NCBI GenBank assembly: GCA_000708835.1
Contig: DF237043.1
Span: 62,001-126,000, forward strand
Origin: Klebsormidium nitens
Taxonomy: Eukaryota; Plantae; Klebsormidiophyceae
Reading direction: 5' to 3'
Length of the DNA: 64,000 nt
The notes under the pieces were generated by a model, which did no database searches, was not told where the DNA came from, and saw only the letters and a list, made by a program, of their open reading frames with translations. The translations under genes and the position numbers were made by a program. The first letter of the stretch is position 1; every line of letters begins with the position of its first letter. Of the stretch, positions 51,450 to 64,000 are shown in pieces.

Positions 51450-53130
51450 ATGTTTCTCCGGCGCTTTACGGGGCCGCTTCTCTCTGCTGCTAAGGAAAGC
51501 ACGGGCATCGTCGGTCTTGATGTTGTCCCAAATGCGCGGGAGGTGTTGATTGGTCTATACGACCAAACCCTCAAGGTCGTCAAAGATCAGATTCCTGAGC
51601 AAGCAGAGTACCGGCGCAGTGTAGAGCGCATCACGAACTACCGGTTGAAGGTGTGCCAAGAAGAGGAGGAGCATGATAGGATTGAGCAGCGGATTGGGTG
51701 CGGGCAGGTGGAGGAACTAATTGAGCAAGCAAACGACGAGTTGGAATTGATCCCTGTGATGGTTGGTGAGTTTCTGCGCAATTGTTCTGCTCCCGTTGCA
51801 TCTCCTGCGTTTGCACAGACTTATGCATTTTGAGGTGGCTAAGCAGTGTTGTTTATCAAGGAGCGCGCATGCATTCTAGGGTTTCCACGGTGGTACATAC
51901 CAATCCACATGAGATGTGGTGCAGACAAATGTGTGCGAACTTTCGGTGCAAGGACTAAATTGGCTATTCCCCAAACTTTTGTATCACCCAAAAGGTGCCT
52001 GCATGCAAAAAGTCCGTACTTGCTGGCGCTGTTTCTTTATGACACTGGACTAGCTGGTGGCTTTTGGTCTTTCAGATTGGATTGCAGACAACCGACATGG
52101 CAGATACAAAAATGCTGGTCGCAGTGCCATTGAAGTAGCGACTGTTGGCCTTTCTTTACTCTCGTTCACTCCCGGAAAAAGATTGAGGAACAAGACCAAA
52201 CTGAGGAGCAGTGACAAAACGGGGTTGTTCAGTCAAGCGACTGCTTGATTGTTAAAGACCAATCGAAGGTTTCAACACCAGTGGACAGCATTCAAGAGAG
52301 CATATGCTGGGATGTTGTCCAGACTATGGTACAAGCAAAAACTCTCACTCCGTTGTGGTAGCCACATCATTTGGAGACAACAAAGTCCCTGAGCGCTCCA
52401 TCTCAAAAAGGATTGCATGACAATCTCCTATCTCATCAATCCGAAAGGGCTTATGCCCCAAACTGTGACACGGGGTCAGCAGATTATACCACTCTTGAAA
52501 TATATGTTGATGAGCTTTGCTGGTTCATGGTGAGGTTTCGTCGTGATCCAAGGGGCCTTTAGATTGACTGGCGTTCAGGTCAACTTTCATCTTGTTGGGT
52601 TATATCTCTTGAGGGACGTAAAGCAGAGTGCATTACTTACGTCTCCAGAGCTTGCGGCTTTGTGTGTCTCTAAACTCTTCTATTACGCAATTCTGATTGC
52701 CTCAGAAGCAACCTTGTGCTCCTAGGAGTAGCTTCTGATTCGCATCCTGGATTATCAGCGATTTTTTGATGAAGCAAAACAGACTTTATTCTTTATAGAT
52801 TGCAATACTGACAGATGGATTGCCGTTGCAAGCAGAACGGACTTTGTATCAATCTTTTTCGACAATCGTCTCATATTGCCGCTGAGATGTTCCTAGTGAG
52901 ACGCTTGTGTATGCTAGGTAGTTCGTTCATAGGACTGTTCGCTATGGGCCCGAACAAAGATCAAAGTTCAAGCTTCCTTTGTTCAAGCATACTTTGTGTA
53001 TGCTTGTTGAAGAGTTGCGTTTTTATTTACAGAGAGCAAGCCATGGGAGGTCCCGGAGGGCTACAAAGTGGAAATCATCGAAGACACGGAACCAATTCCA
53101 GCGCACATCCCCCAGCACTTAAGCACGTGA
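51450..53130 (+). CDS. NDUFA5: NADH dehydrogenase (ubiquinone) 1 alpha subcomplex subunit 5 (B13), 2 exons
   Basis: Exons 51450-51765 and 53033-53130. MFLRRFTGPLL...STGIVGLDVVPNAREVLIGLY...IGCGQVEELIEQANDELELIPVMVESKPWEVPEGYKVEIIEDTEPIPAHIPQH; plant-type B13. Confidence 0.95.
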
Positions 53131-53946
53131 GAACGTTCGTGAATGCATGTGTCAAATTGAATTCGGACCGGTTACTGCTCAAAACTAGCAAACAAGAGTC
53201 CATAGGCTGTTCACAGAATGAAACTTAAAGCTTCGCTCTAAGCAGTAAAGCTCCCCAGATTCAGGACTTTTCGTGGGAATGTCATGGCAACACGCGAATC
53301 ATATTCTGTTCATTGATTACAAGCGCTTGTGTTTGAGGGGCCTTCTATCATTGTGCTGGTCATAGAACGGCTCCATGAACAGCTGCAAGCAACTGCAAAA
53401 AGGGCCTTCCCTCCTTTGAGCGTAGCTTGTCTAGGTCTTCTCTTCAGCGACCCGCCTCAGGCTAAGCCGTCGTTCTGCTCTGGCAGTCGTTCTGCCTTTG
53501 CTTGCTTTGCTTGCTCGCCCTCGCTCATTGGGCTGAGTCTCTTTTGTTCCACCACACCGTCGGCCGCAATGTTTATTTTGATGATTGCACATGACGTGGA
53601 TTCGCCGTACGGCATTTGAGCAGCCGGGCGCAGAGAATACTGTTTCAATATGGGCCGCGCAAACGGTTTCATCGAGATTTCACATGCACAACTTGCAAAG
53701 TATATCCTGCCGCGCCCATGCGGGTCATGTAAACTCCTGATAATATATGAAGCGCATTGATCACGTCACAAAAAAGTTATTCTAAGCTCGTCAGATTGAC
53801 TTAGGCAGGCGGCAACACTAGCTAGCCCCGTGCAACTGACTGAGTGTGACAAACTTCAAAATCTTGTGTATCCAGCTTTTATATATGCATGCGCCTAAGA
53901 GCTAGACTGTGCACGCACTGCCACACAGTTCGCGGACTCATTTGGC

Positions 53947-54000
53947 ATATACATATATATATATATATATATAATGATACACATATACATATGTATATCA
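53947..54000. repeat. (AT)n microsatellite and AT-rich tract between convergent NDUFA5 and PanK 3' ends
   Basis: CATATACATATATATATATATATATATAATGATACACATATACATATG. Confidence 0.8.
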
Positions 54001-54813
54001 TTGCTGTAGCTGTACGCTCTTCGTGTATTATGCATATAGACACTGAATCAAGCCATAGAAAGCGCGTCTGGCATGCATCTGCATGTCACTGTGATCGTCA
54101 CCATGCTGAGTATATAAATGTTCATGTGTACCCACATGTACTATAACATACAGAGAATGCAGCCTTCGCACGATCATTCATATACACGGCATGAATTACG
54201 GTCGGTGATGCCAGGGCGTGAAGCCTGCGCGATGTAGCGGTTCAATGCTATACGGGGTACTCTTCTTACCAGGAGTCGGATGTATATAGCTGGTCAATGA
54301 TGATACGTGCAATATGAAGAGCGCGACAATGAAGCCGTCACACGACTGAGGATGTGTTTGAGTCACTGAATACCGTCCTCAGCACTGAGGCTGAGGCCGT
54401 TCAATCAGCCAGCTGGCAGTATGCATGTCTGACTCTGACCTCATCAAGTAGCTTGCAGTTAGGCACATCGTCCTTATGCCAGAGTATACATATTTTACAG
54501 CTTTTCAACCGCTCTGCTTTTTAAACTTGTTGCTTCTTCAAGCTCTGGTCAGTATGCAGCTCTACAGCTTTGCCCCCGACCAAGTGCTGTCTCATTTGTC
54601 CTCGGTACGTTACTCGCCTCAGCGGCAGTTTAGAGCTCACAGAGGAGATTTGACTTGGTTTATATGTGCGGTGTACTTCAGTGGGCGGACAGTAATCGGC
54701 CAGCAGCGCACCGTGCATTGACAAGTCTCTAAAAGCGGACCGCTAAGACCCCACGTGAGTGCCTCTCGGAGAACACTCATATATAATAGCGAGCTCTTGC
54801 AAAAGTGGTGACG

Positions 54814-57800
54814 TCATAGGAAAAAAGCCTCGTCCAACCCACTCAGAAGCGCGCCGATCGCCCCTGCGTGGCCCTCGTGCCGCAGGAAGACCGCCTTCAT
54901 GACGCCCTTGGACCAGAACTCAACGGCCACGGACAGCAGTTTCATGGCGACCTGAAGAAGGAAATTACAGACACGCTGAGTGAGGACCAACCGTGCAAGG
55001 TCGCCGCACATGAAAGCACAATCGGCTTTTCGTAGATCGACCTTCCTTTGCTATTGTGTGTAATCGGTGGGAAGGGCGCGCTGACTATACCATCCATGCA
55101 AATTCGAAACAGAAGCCTGAAGACCAGCAACAGTTACTCCATCCAGAGGGACGATTTGGACGATTGAAGAACAGAAGCAAAGTACTGTAGCATGAACGCT
55201 TCGTTGGCGCTTGTGAAGGCAACCGACACGGCGTGAATAAGAACCAACGAGTAACCGGTCAGAAAGAGAACAGAGAATCATCACCTAAGTCAAGAGATTC
55301 CAGGTCTCGAGCGCTTCTCACCTTGTTCCCGTGCAAAAAGGACCCAGCAAACAGAATCCGCTTCACGCCCGCCGCTTTGGCGTGTAGCATGGCCAGACTG
55401 CCCACGTTGTTGGTCACCATCAGCAGGCACGCTTTGGCCAGGTCGGCGGGAGATGCGGCGACCTTGCCGTCACCTCCAGGCTGCACCAGTTTGCCGAACG
55501 AAGACGCGACGACTGTTGCGGCCAGGCCCATCTCAGTATAGTCGCCGCCTGCGGGAAGGAGGAGAGCCCTGAGATGCTTGGACATTGGGCGTGTCGCAAA
55601 GTTTCCTTACCTTATGGAATCAGTATCGCTTTACAACTTCTATATCCCCTCTGCTTGCGCGATAGACTGCGCGAGCCTGTGGAGAAAGCGAAGACTAGGC
55701 AACGTCTGTCGAAGTGGATGTGGAGACTAGGTCGACGCTGTCGAAACCGAAGCGGACCAGGCAGCTGAAAATAGGCAGGAGATCCGTTTCTACTATTCCG
55801 ACGAAGTTTCTGCGAAAAGGACATGCAGTGTTGGGCTTCTTCGGCAGGAGAGACAGCGGTAGGCTCCACCATTGAATCGATACCCACCAAACCCACAATT
55901 CCGAAGTTCGATGTCTTCCGAAATCTGAGCGTCCAACCTCTGCATCAGCCATAATCGACCGCATGTCTGCTTCAAGAGCTATTCTCAGCAGTCGGAACGC
56001 CATAACTTGCATTCACATGTAGATAGTACTGGCTCGACGCATTTCGCAACGCTTACCGTAGATGTCCCCTACTAGCATGTCCACGTTCGTCGAGTCTCCC
56101 CCCGCCGCCATCGCAATCGCCTCCCTAAAAGTCTTGCACCCGGTCAGCGCCGACACGAGCCCCAGAAACGTACTTCCCCCCAGACTAGTTCCCCCCACCC
56201 GTTCGTACACGTGTCGCCCATCCACTCGCAGGATACTCACTCCCGACCCAATGTTGACAACTAGGTACGGGTACGCGGACTCTTCCGCGCCTTCGAGCGC
56301 GGCGCCGAGGCGCGTCAGGCTGCTGCTCCGGATGCCACGTGCCAGGGATCCCTTTCCGGAGGGGAACGCTTTGTGTTGCCGGCGGTCGTCCCCGGACCCG
56401 TCGTCGCTGTGCTCGGGGGAGTGGAGGGGCCGCTGGATGGCGCCGCCCCGGTACGCGTCTGCAGCAGGATAAGAATTTCAAAACCCGCGGCTAATTCTTA
56501 GTCAAGGGCTGTAAATTCTGGCCCGGCACGGAGTGGCCGTTGTTGTGTGAGAGAAGAAGCGCTCATTGGTGCCAGAGGCAGGTCCAAGGCGTCACGGGGA
56601 TCAGGCTGTGCAGATTGCGGTCTTCCCGATTTCCGCTTTCAGGAAAGTGGCGCATTTTAACCAGACGACTCCGAGAACGGCCCACTCTTGGAGAGACTCT
56701 GCCCATTTGTGCTAGGAGGCTGAGAGCTTGACTCGTCGAACGAATGGAGCTCGTTTGGATCTTTGTGCAGAGAAGCAAGGGTCGTCCAAGGCCGGAAACT
56801 ATCGAGGGACACGGATGGCTGGCCAGTCTCAAAACGACAAGATAGCAGATGCTTTGAAAAGCATGTGATTCTTTTTAAGCTCTGAGGAAGAGGTCCTTGT
56901 CGGAACGAAAACACGAGGAGGAAGATTCCCTTGACAATTTGAAATGGACATGAGCCGGAAAAGCAACTTCGCTCTCTGCAGACGTCTAACCAGGTCAAGA
57001 ACACAGCTTTTGTGTGGCTGAGCTCGCTTACACATTGATGCTAATCTCGGTCGACTCCCGTCCGTCGAAGTATTTGCCTCGATTAGCGTTTCGATATTCA
57101 GCACATATTTTCCTTTCCAGTGATTTGTATAAGTTGGGCACCTCCGCGTACACGAGCTTGACCATTATTGGGAGCGAGATTGGCGTTTAGTCAACGGCTT
57201 ACCAATCTCATACTCGAAGCTGTCGTCCTCTGCATGCCGTACCAGAAAGTCTATCCCCTTCAGCAAGCTGCATAGTCCAAGTCGAGGATCAGCACTGTGA
57301 ACTGCTTCCGAGTCAACCAATCCAACCCAAAACATACATCACTTGACTCAAGTGATGTAATTAATCTAGAGTTCTCTTTGTCGACCAATTGTGCATCCGG
57401 ATATTGCAGGCCGCTTGCCCAACCCGAGTCCGTCCAAGTTTCGGCGGCCAATTTCAAGGAACGACTTTTTGCCGCACCTTGTAATCGAGTTGACAGTCTG
57501 CTTTTTCTGCCCACCAGCGCCAAGCGAATAAACCAGTCAACAACACCAAACCGCCCTCTGCCACCAACGTAGACATTCTCATAAACCCCTTACCACTTGA
57601 GCTCATCCTCTTTCCGCAGCTGAATCCCCGCTTGCTCATGGAACACATGTGCAAACTTCTTGGCCCCGCCTCCCGTCGCCCCGATCACTTTGTCGCGGCT
57701 CACCAGGGAGTGCGTCCGCGTCAATGCAAGAAAGTCCTCCACCCGCCAAGTCTCTGCAGTGAACAAATAGAAAAACCGTCTAAATCATGCTGAGTCGACC

Positions 57801-59161
57801 AGGCTTTGACTCAAAACCTGTAGGTTCGTTTGACGAGTCTCTCCAATGCATGTCTTTACAGTGGCAGTGCAGATAGAAACAAGTTACAAAGTGGAAAACG
57901 ACTGACTTTAAAGTCACAAGGAAGGGCTATGATTATGCAACAAAAGCAATCAAGAGGCTTTGAACATAACCAGGAATGCATTGTCTGCATGATCCATAAA
58001 CAAACCTCACTCACTCTTTGCTTGATACTGGTAGTGGCTGGCTCTAACATAGTGCATATCATGGCACGATACCGCTTGCAGGGCTGAGTATGCTCCTCTT
58101 CAGTACTGACCACCTTGTTGCTTTTTGAAAGACCAGAACAGTAGCGAAGACATGTGGACAGGAATCAGGAAATGCTGTAGCTTTGGACAGAACACGTTGA
58201 GAAGCCATAAAAAGCCAATTCTTCGAAGGAACACGTCAAGCCTAAAGTCTTTTCACATCTTCGAAAGAAGGCTGAGTTTAACTGACTTCCATCAGTATAC
58301 GCTGTTTTATCAAGAAAAAACTCTCAAATTCACATGAATCATAAGGTTTTTCCACAACGCACCAAACCTCTTGAAGTGCAGCGTCCCTTTCCCAGGCAAC
58401 ACAATCGGCTCGTGACTTGACATCCACAGGTTTTCCACATCGTCAACACCACCTCCCGACCCATCTCGACATCGATCCTTTTCAGAACTGTCCTCCGAAG
58501 CTCGATCGCCGTTCCCCCCGTCTCTTTTTCTTGGAGGTGGTTGTTCACTACCTTCTGGACTGCCCCACTTGCTTTCCTCAAGAATGTTCCCACCACTAGT
58601 TTCTTGTCTGCTGGTTCCGGCAACCCCATCATGGCCTTCTGCCCCATTTTGCACATTCTCGGAGCCCGGCTTCCCATTCCCATCTTCTAACTGCCGCGAG
58701 TGGTCTGAACTGCTGCTTCTGCTGTTTTCTAGATTTGTCTCCTCAACCAAAGTCCTCAGTGCGGCGCCCCTCTGTCCATTGACCCTTCCCCTCAATTCTG
58801 AGACTCCACATATTCCTTCAGGGCTATCCTGACACTCATTTCGTCGGCCACTGACACCTGGGCCTTCTGTGTCAACTTCAACTTCCCTATCATACTGAGC
58901 ACTTGGAATGCTACCGTTGACGGCATTGTCTGGCTCAAAGAAGACAACCTTGCACAGAGTACCCCCAATGTCAAGGCCCACGCTTGCTGCGTTTGAAGCC
59001 CCTTCGAGTAAGTAAGTTTGCCGCAGCTCTGCGACATGGCAGCTCGCAGAACCTGGATCGGGGCCCATAATTCTGAGAGCTTCCAAGGTCGGACACGCTT
59101 TGTGACACCTGGCTAGATGGTTTTGCAAAGCTGAGAATGAGCTATTAAAAGTACAAGCCAT
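54814..59161 (-). CDS. PANK: Type II (eukaryotic) pantothenate kinase, 6 exons, no fused phosphatase domain
   Basis: Exons: 58363-59161, 57594-57753, 57203-57267, 56057-56458, 55322-55548, 54814-54951, in frame. Motifs [95 protein letters not shown]. Confidence 0.93.
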
Positions 59162-59968
59162 CTTGCTGGTAGATGATCGATCAACACAAACTTAAATAGC
59201 CACCCTGCCCCTTGTGATTCGTGAAGACATCCGCAGCTCTCTTTCTTGGCTGCTTCACTGCCAGCTCAGCATGTGAGGTCTTGAGCCCCGGTTCTTGCCG
59301 TCGATTTGCGAGCTTTCCTTGAAGCGAATCGACGGTCTTCCGGTGACTGTTCTAGCTCTTGTCTGCGCCGTCAACCAACGAGGACATTATCGGACGGTAT
59401 ACAAAGTCTTTGCAGCTGCGACTTCTCGCCACGTGGACGGGTTTAAGGAGGTCTCTTTGCCGCCAAAATTTCAATTGCTGCAGACCGTGAACACTGAAGG
59501 GCACCCCACAGAAGTGCTGTATTCAATACCTACCTACATGGTACTGTGCCGAGGTAGTTCATGGGGGCGGGAAGCTATGGTTGAAGCTTGGCACCTCTGA
59601 TCTGATTCATCATGCCACAAGCTCCTCCATGGTTCCTTCATGGGTAGAATGGTCGCAAGGCGCGGCGCTGCCGTTGAGAAAAAGATTGGCAATACATACT
59701 TAGCTTTGTCCTTTGACGCAGCTGGTATATGAGAAGTTTTGATGAGGTCTCACACCCCCTCTCTGAAAACGAACCAGGGGTTTGAGAAGTTTGTCTGGCT
59801 TGGAGACACTGGATTGGGAGGGCTCGCACCTTGAGCCAGTCCTTTCTCAACTAGAGGACACGTTCCCATGTACTCTCCAGCGGTAGCAAATCTGGACAAT
59901 AGCTACTAGCACGGGACCGCTGATTACAGAACTTGAGAGTGCGAGCTGCAGGGCGAGACATTGCAATC

Positions 59969-62900
59969 ATGGTTCTCCACGATATGGACATCTTGATTGC
60001 AGTCGCAACAGGGCTGGGAAAGAGGGAAGAGGACGCCAGTGGGTCTGAGTACTACCTCAAGGACCCGGAATGTCTCGGTGAGCAACATCTTGGCTGGCTT
60101 CTTTTGCATTTCCTACTGAGTTTAGCAAGCTGCTGCCATGAATGTGCTCAATGGTGGCCAATGCAATCAGCGGTGGTGCCCAATCCCCTACGGTGGGACA
60201 ATTGTTGTTGAAAGCTCAGTTATCCCTTCAAACCTTTGGGGTAGGACATTTTGACTAAAGGGTTACTAAGGGGTGCGTTCATATGGCTATTGAAACAGGG
60301 CTCATGGGCACTTGGCATTGAATACTTTTACACTTTCTAAAGTAACAGCAAATCAAAGCAATTGCAACCAGGTTTCCAGACCAAAACTGCTACAGCATAG
60401 AAGGCTTATGGCTTCCATAACCTCCCTTGATTAAAGCAAGAGTGATATTTTTTGGATTCTCTGCAGAAAATCTAAAGGATCTACAGCGCTTTATGCGCCG
60501 AGACAATCCGGAGTCTCGGGACGTCTTCATGCAGCTTGGACAGTGGAACATTGTCCGTCGGGATCTGGTGCCGATCATCACTACCTACCGGAGCAACTAT
60601 GAGCTCGTTCTAGCGGCAGGTAAAATGGCCATCCATGCGAATGCTTTCAGCACGTTGCAACCTTCAGGCGCCATTGCGGCTTTGGACATGAATGAGAAGT
60701 GCATGCTGAACTGGTGGTCAATGCTCACGCCCTTAGTGTTCTACCTCCTTACATGCTTTGAGGACAGCCGTAAAGTTACTGGCTCAACTTTCTAATGATT
60801 TTGGCACGTGGAAAGAGAAGAGCATGACAGAGTCATGGTCAAGCTCTTTGTTTTCCATTGTGCCAAAGTCTCTGACATCTCCAAGAGTGCTAAAGTTTCT
60901 GAGATCTCCAAGAGGACCAATGATGATCGGCTGCTGTGCTCTGAAATGAGAAATAGAAGGACTCTTGTAATCCAATTCACATCATGATGATGATTCTTGT
61001 TGCAGTTTAGCCAAAGTAAGCACACTTACTGCAGAATGCGCACTTTGCTTTTTCTTTCTCCTCTATTGACCTTGTCATACGACGAACTACCAACACTTCA
61101 AAGACTCTGATAGGTTTTCCAGTTCCGTCATCCGCCACTTCTTGACCAACTCATTGACCTGCTATTGACCTTGCGCATTTTATTGCATTCCTTGAGCTTT
61201 CGCAAGCATAGCCCAAATAGCGCTTGCACCAAGTTTTACGAGGGCACTGCTTAGTAAAGCAGTACTTGCAGAGTACTGCATGGTGCACCTACAAGCCCCT
61301 TCTGTTCAGGTCATCATGTCCGACTTCAACCTACATCATCACAAAAGCAACCATTTTTCAGTGCATGTTTCCCAGTATCCTCACGACTCTGCCTTGGTTG
61401 CTGCAGTCAAGGTCATTGTCTTCTTAACGATGCCCCCCGTTCCGGAGAGTGACAACGTAAGCCGCCAGCTAGAGTACCTGCAACGCTTCAAAGCGGCGTT
61501 CCTGGAGGACGAGGCGCTGGGGGTCATTGTGGCCATGATGGAAGAACCGCTGGCGCACCTTGAAAGGTGAGGCGGGCATGTTCTTTGCACTGGCAATGTG
61601 CATCACTTTATGGTGCTTCTCAAAAGAAATGTTCCTGGAGGAGGCGCGGTTACGGCACAGATTAATGTCAGAGGCGATGAGTTTCAGACCTTAAACGATA
61701 GTCGTGTCACCCATCGAACGCCACCAGCTGACAAAGGCTGGTGACTGTGTTCCATGTTCCACTGAAAAGGAGGTTGCATAGGTTCTTCTGGGCAGAACCA
61801 ATTCACAACCAGCAGTTTCACGAATACTGCTGGGAAGGAAACCACGACTAGAAGTTATCTTTTCTGGGTCAACACTTGCGAGATGTGGGCACACGATCCT
61901 TTTCTCGCATGTATGATATCTACGAGTACATTGTGAATCGGGCATATCGCATTCTCCAACGCAAATGGAAGACTTATTTGCGAAGTTTCGCTTCTTGGCA
62001 GTGACGAGTTCACCGACGACGATGCGCGCCTGGTCCAGCTGTTCCTGACGCTGTTCCGCAACCTGCTAGCCATCTCCGACCCCTCAGCGCAGCAGACGAC
62101 AGCCTCAGGGGGCGCGCACCTTGCCTACATGAAGGTACTTCTTTTGACAATCACGTAGTTGCGACTTACTGTTCTGTGGTTGTCACAAAGATTTTATAGC
62201 TGCTAAACCAGCTCCCAACATGCCCCATGACGGTACACACTGTCAATCTGACCTTTCAGCTTACTTGACCAATGTTTTGACCATCTCGAAAGCTCAAGAT
62301 GACCAGCGCTTCGACGTAGGTTACAAATCGGCTATAAAACCCTTTTGAAGTCGCTTTTTAGGTGCTTAAGTTCGGGGTTCGTGTCTTCTAGCTTTCCACG
62401 CCCATCTTTGCGATCGCATTACTTGCTCCGCCAGTTTTCATCTCATAACGACGGGCCTTCCTTTGCCCTTTACTGTAACGACATAATCTCTGCTCCTATA
62501 TGGTACCCGCCCACATATGCGAAGTTTGGCCCTTATACAGCTCTTTGCGAGCACCCTGCCAGGTTGTAGATATAGAGGGAAGCTTCAAAGATAGTCGAAA
62601 TTATTTGTCGAAACGACTTTTGGACCAAGTTGGTCGTCTAACTTTTAACTTTCCTTCCTTAATCGAACTTGGCAGGTTGGTCGCAAAGAGCTGTAGCCGG
62701 TATCCTGATCAGACGCTCTCCCCACTCGCATCGCAGGAGGAATTGCTGGAGCGCCTGTTCCGGGAGAGCGTCATGGACCTGCTTCTCGCATTGGCGCCCC
62801 ACGTGAGCCGCGACGGGCGCAAGGGCCCGCTGCGCAACGACAACCTGCTACTGCTCGAGATCTTCTACTTCACCTTCAAGGACCAGCGCCCGCTGGACCT

Positions 62901-64000
62901 GCTCACTACGGCGGACGAGAGAGACGCCGGCAAGGTCCGTAGGAATCTGTTTCCATCCTTGATTCAATCCAATATAGCGAGACATAGTAAAGCATGGTCG
63001 AAACGCAGATTTCGCCCGGTGTTGATACCTACCTGAGCCTGGTCACGACGATCTTGAGTTTCATCTCCTTTTCAAGAATCAGCGGCCACTGGTTTGCTCA
63101 CTGTAGCGGACGAGAGAGACGCCGGCAAGGTACGCACGATTCTGAATCCATGTTCTTTCTGGATTAGAAGCAATGCAACCCCCAGGTTGAGAAGCTGGTG
63201 AAGGCAATTTGGGTGTTACTGCTCTAGTGCATTGGTAGGCTCTCTTGCCCTCTCGAATGGCGGGGTACTCAAGAGCAACAACGACTCGTCTCTGGAGCAA
63301 GCAGACAGTTCTGGATCAAGTCCGTTTTGAAGCAATTTGCAGTGATTCAGGAGCATACGACAAGGCTAGAAGAGACATTGGCCGGTAGCTGGTCTTGCAC
63401 GACCTTAAGAGCGCTCGCGGACTGTTTAGGCGGATAGAAGCCATTGAAAGGAACGGGGACATCTCATTCCCTGGCTTGCACCTGTCCGTCTTTTAACTTT
63501 TGGTCCATAATCTCTAGAACTGTCTTTACAAACAGCATCCAACATTCTTCACAAGCATTTCAGCGTGACAGCAAACAGGACGAGAGATGGCCTCTTTCAG
63601 GGTCGAGACGAGATATGGACCTCTTTGGCTCTTTTCGTATGTCTTTGGAGGCTCTCCCATATATCAACCAACGAAAGCATGTATTTATCTTATTTGTTTC
63701 ACTTGTTTTATTCATTTCAATCACTTAATTTTTATTTCTAACATGCGACACAAATTTTACATTGATTCGATGAAACCCATTGTTGCTGTAAAGACACCAT
63801 ACACGTATGATACGACTACTGAAAAGGTTGAGGAAAAAGATTCTATTGTCATTTTTGTTTTGGATGCAAGAAATTTTTGTCTAAACAGTTGGTGCTGCAG
63901 GCGTCCAAGACCGCAAGCGCTGCGGCGCTGGAGATGCAGCAGCTGGTGGAGAAGGAGCAGCGCAAGAGGGCGCAACTGCTCATGAACGGACCGCCGCGGC
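59969..64000 (+). CDS. TIM1: TIMELESS/Tof1/Swi1 homologue, N-terminal part; runs off the window
   Basis: Exons: 59969-60077, 60467-60619, 61407-61566, 62002-62134, 62737-62934, 63901-64000+. Motifs CLENLKDLQRFMRRD, QLGQWNIVRRDLVPII, VKVIVFLTMP, QLFLTLFRNLLAI, NLLLLEIFY. Confidence 0.9.
63094..63135 (+). repeat. Intronic copy of the TIM1 exon-5 end plus donor
   Basis: TGCTCACTGTAGCGGACGAGAGAGACGCCGGCAAG|GTACGC versus the functional TGCTCACTACGGCGGACGAGAGAGACGCCGGCAAG|GTCCGT (62900-62940). Confidence 0.9.

Noticed and set aside
60820-60920. Possible very old echo of the TIM1 exon-3 start (GTCAAGCTCTTTGTTTTC versus GTCAAGGTCATTGTCTTC)
   Set aside because: Only 14/18 identity and no retained acceptor; too weak to count.

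Overview
Intron-rich eukaryotic nuclear DNA from a green-lineage organism. The plant-type SAE2, GH10 xylanase, NDUFA5 and TIMELESS, together with GC-rich exons and 0.3-1.3 kb introns, suggest a streptophyte alga such as Klebsormidium (inference). I assembled ten protein-coding genes exon by exon from GT/GC-AG junctions. They form five consecutive head-to-head pairs: GH10 xylanase(-)/RPS14(+), multi-ubiquitin-like protein(-)/SAE2(+), TPR-RING protein(-)/unknown protein(+), PhoD phosphatase(-)/NDUFA5(+) and pantothenate kinase(-)/TIMELESS(+, truncated by the window end). There is also a CCCTAA-rich interspersed repeat, some small tandem repeats and one 85-N gap. I found no rRNA, tRNA, CRISPR array or autonomous transposon. 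The most striking unexplained structure is a set of decaying tandem copies of a gene's own adjacent splice junction (splice site plus about 15-60 nt of exon) in at least 9 introns of 4 genes. Other leads are a GH10 with intact catalytic Glu residues but a remodelled sugar-binding site, a PhoD with a mucin-like stalk and an unfamiliar 6-Cys module, a non-cleavable multi-UBL protein beside the SUMO E1, a PanK with metazoan-like motifs, and structured RPS14 introns. Exon coordinates were counted by hand and may be off by a few bases.
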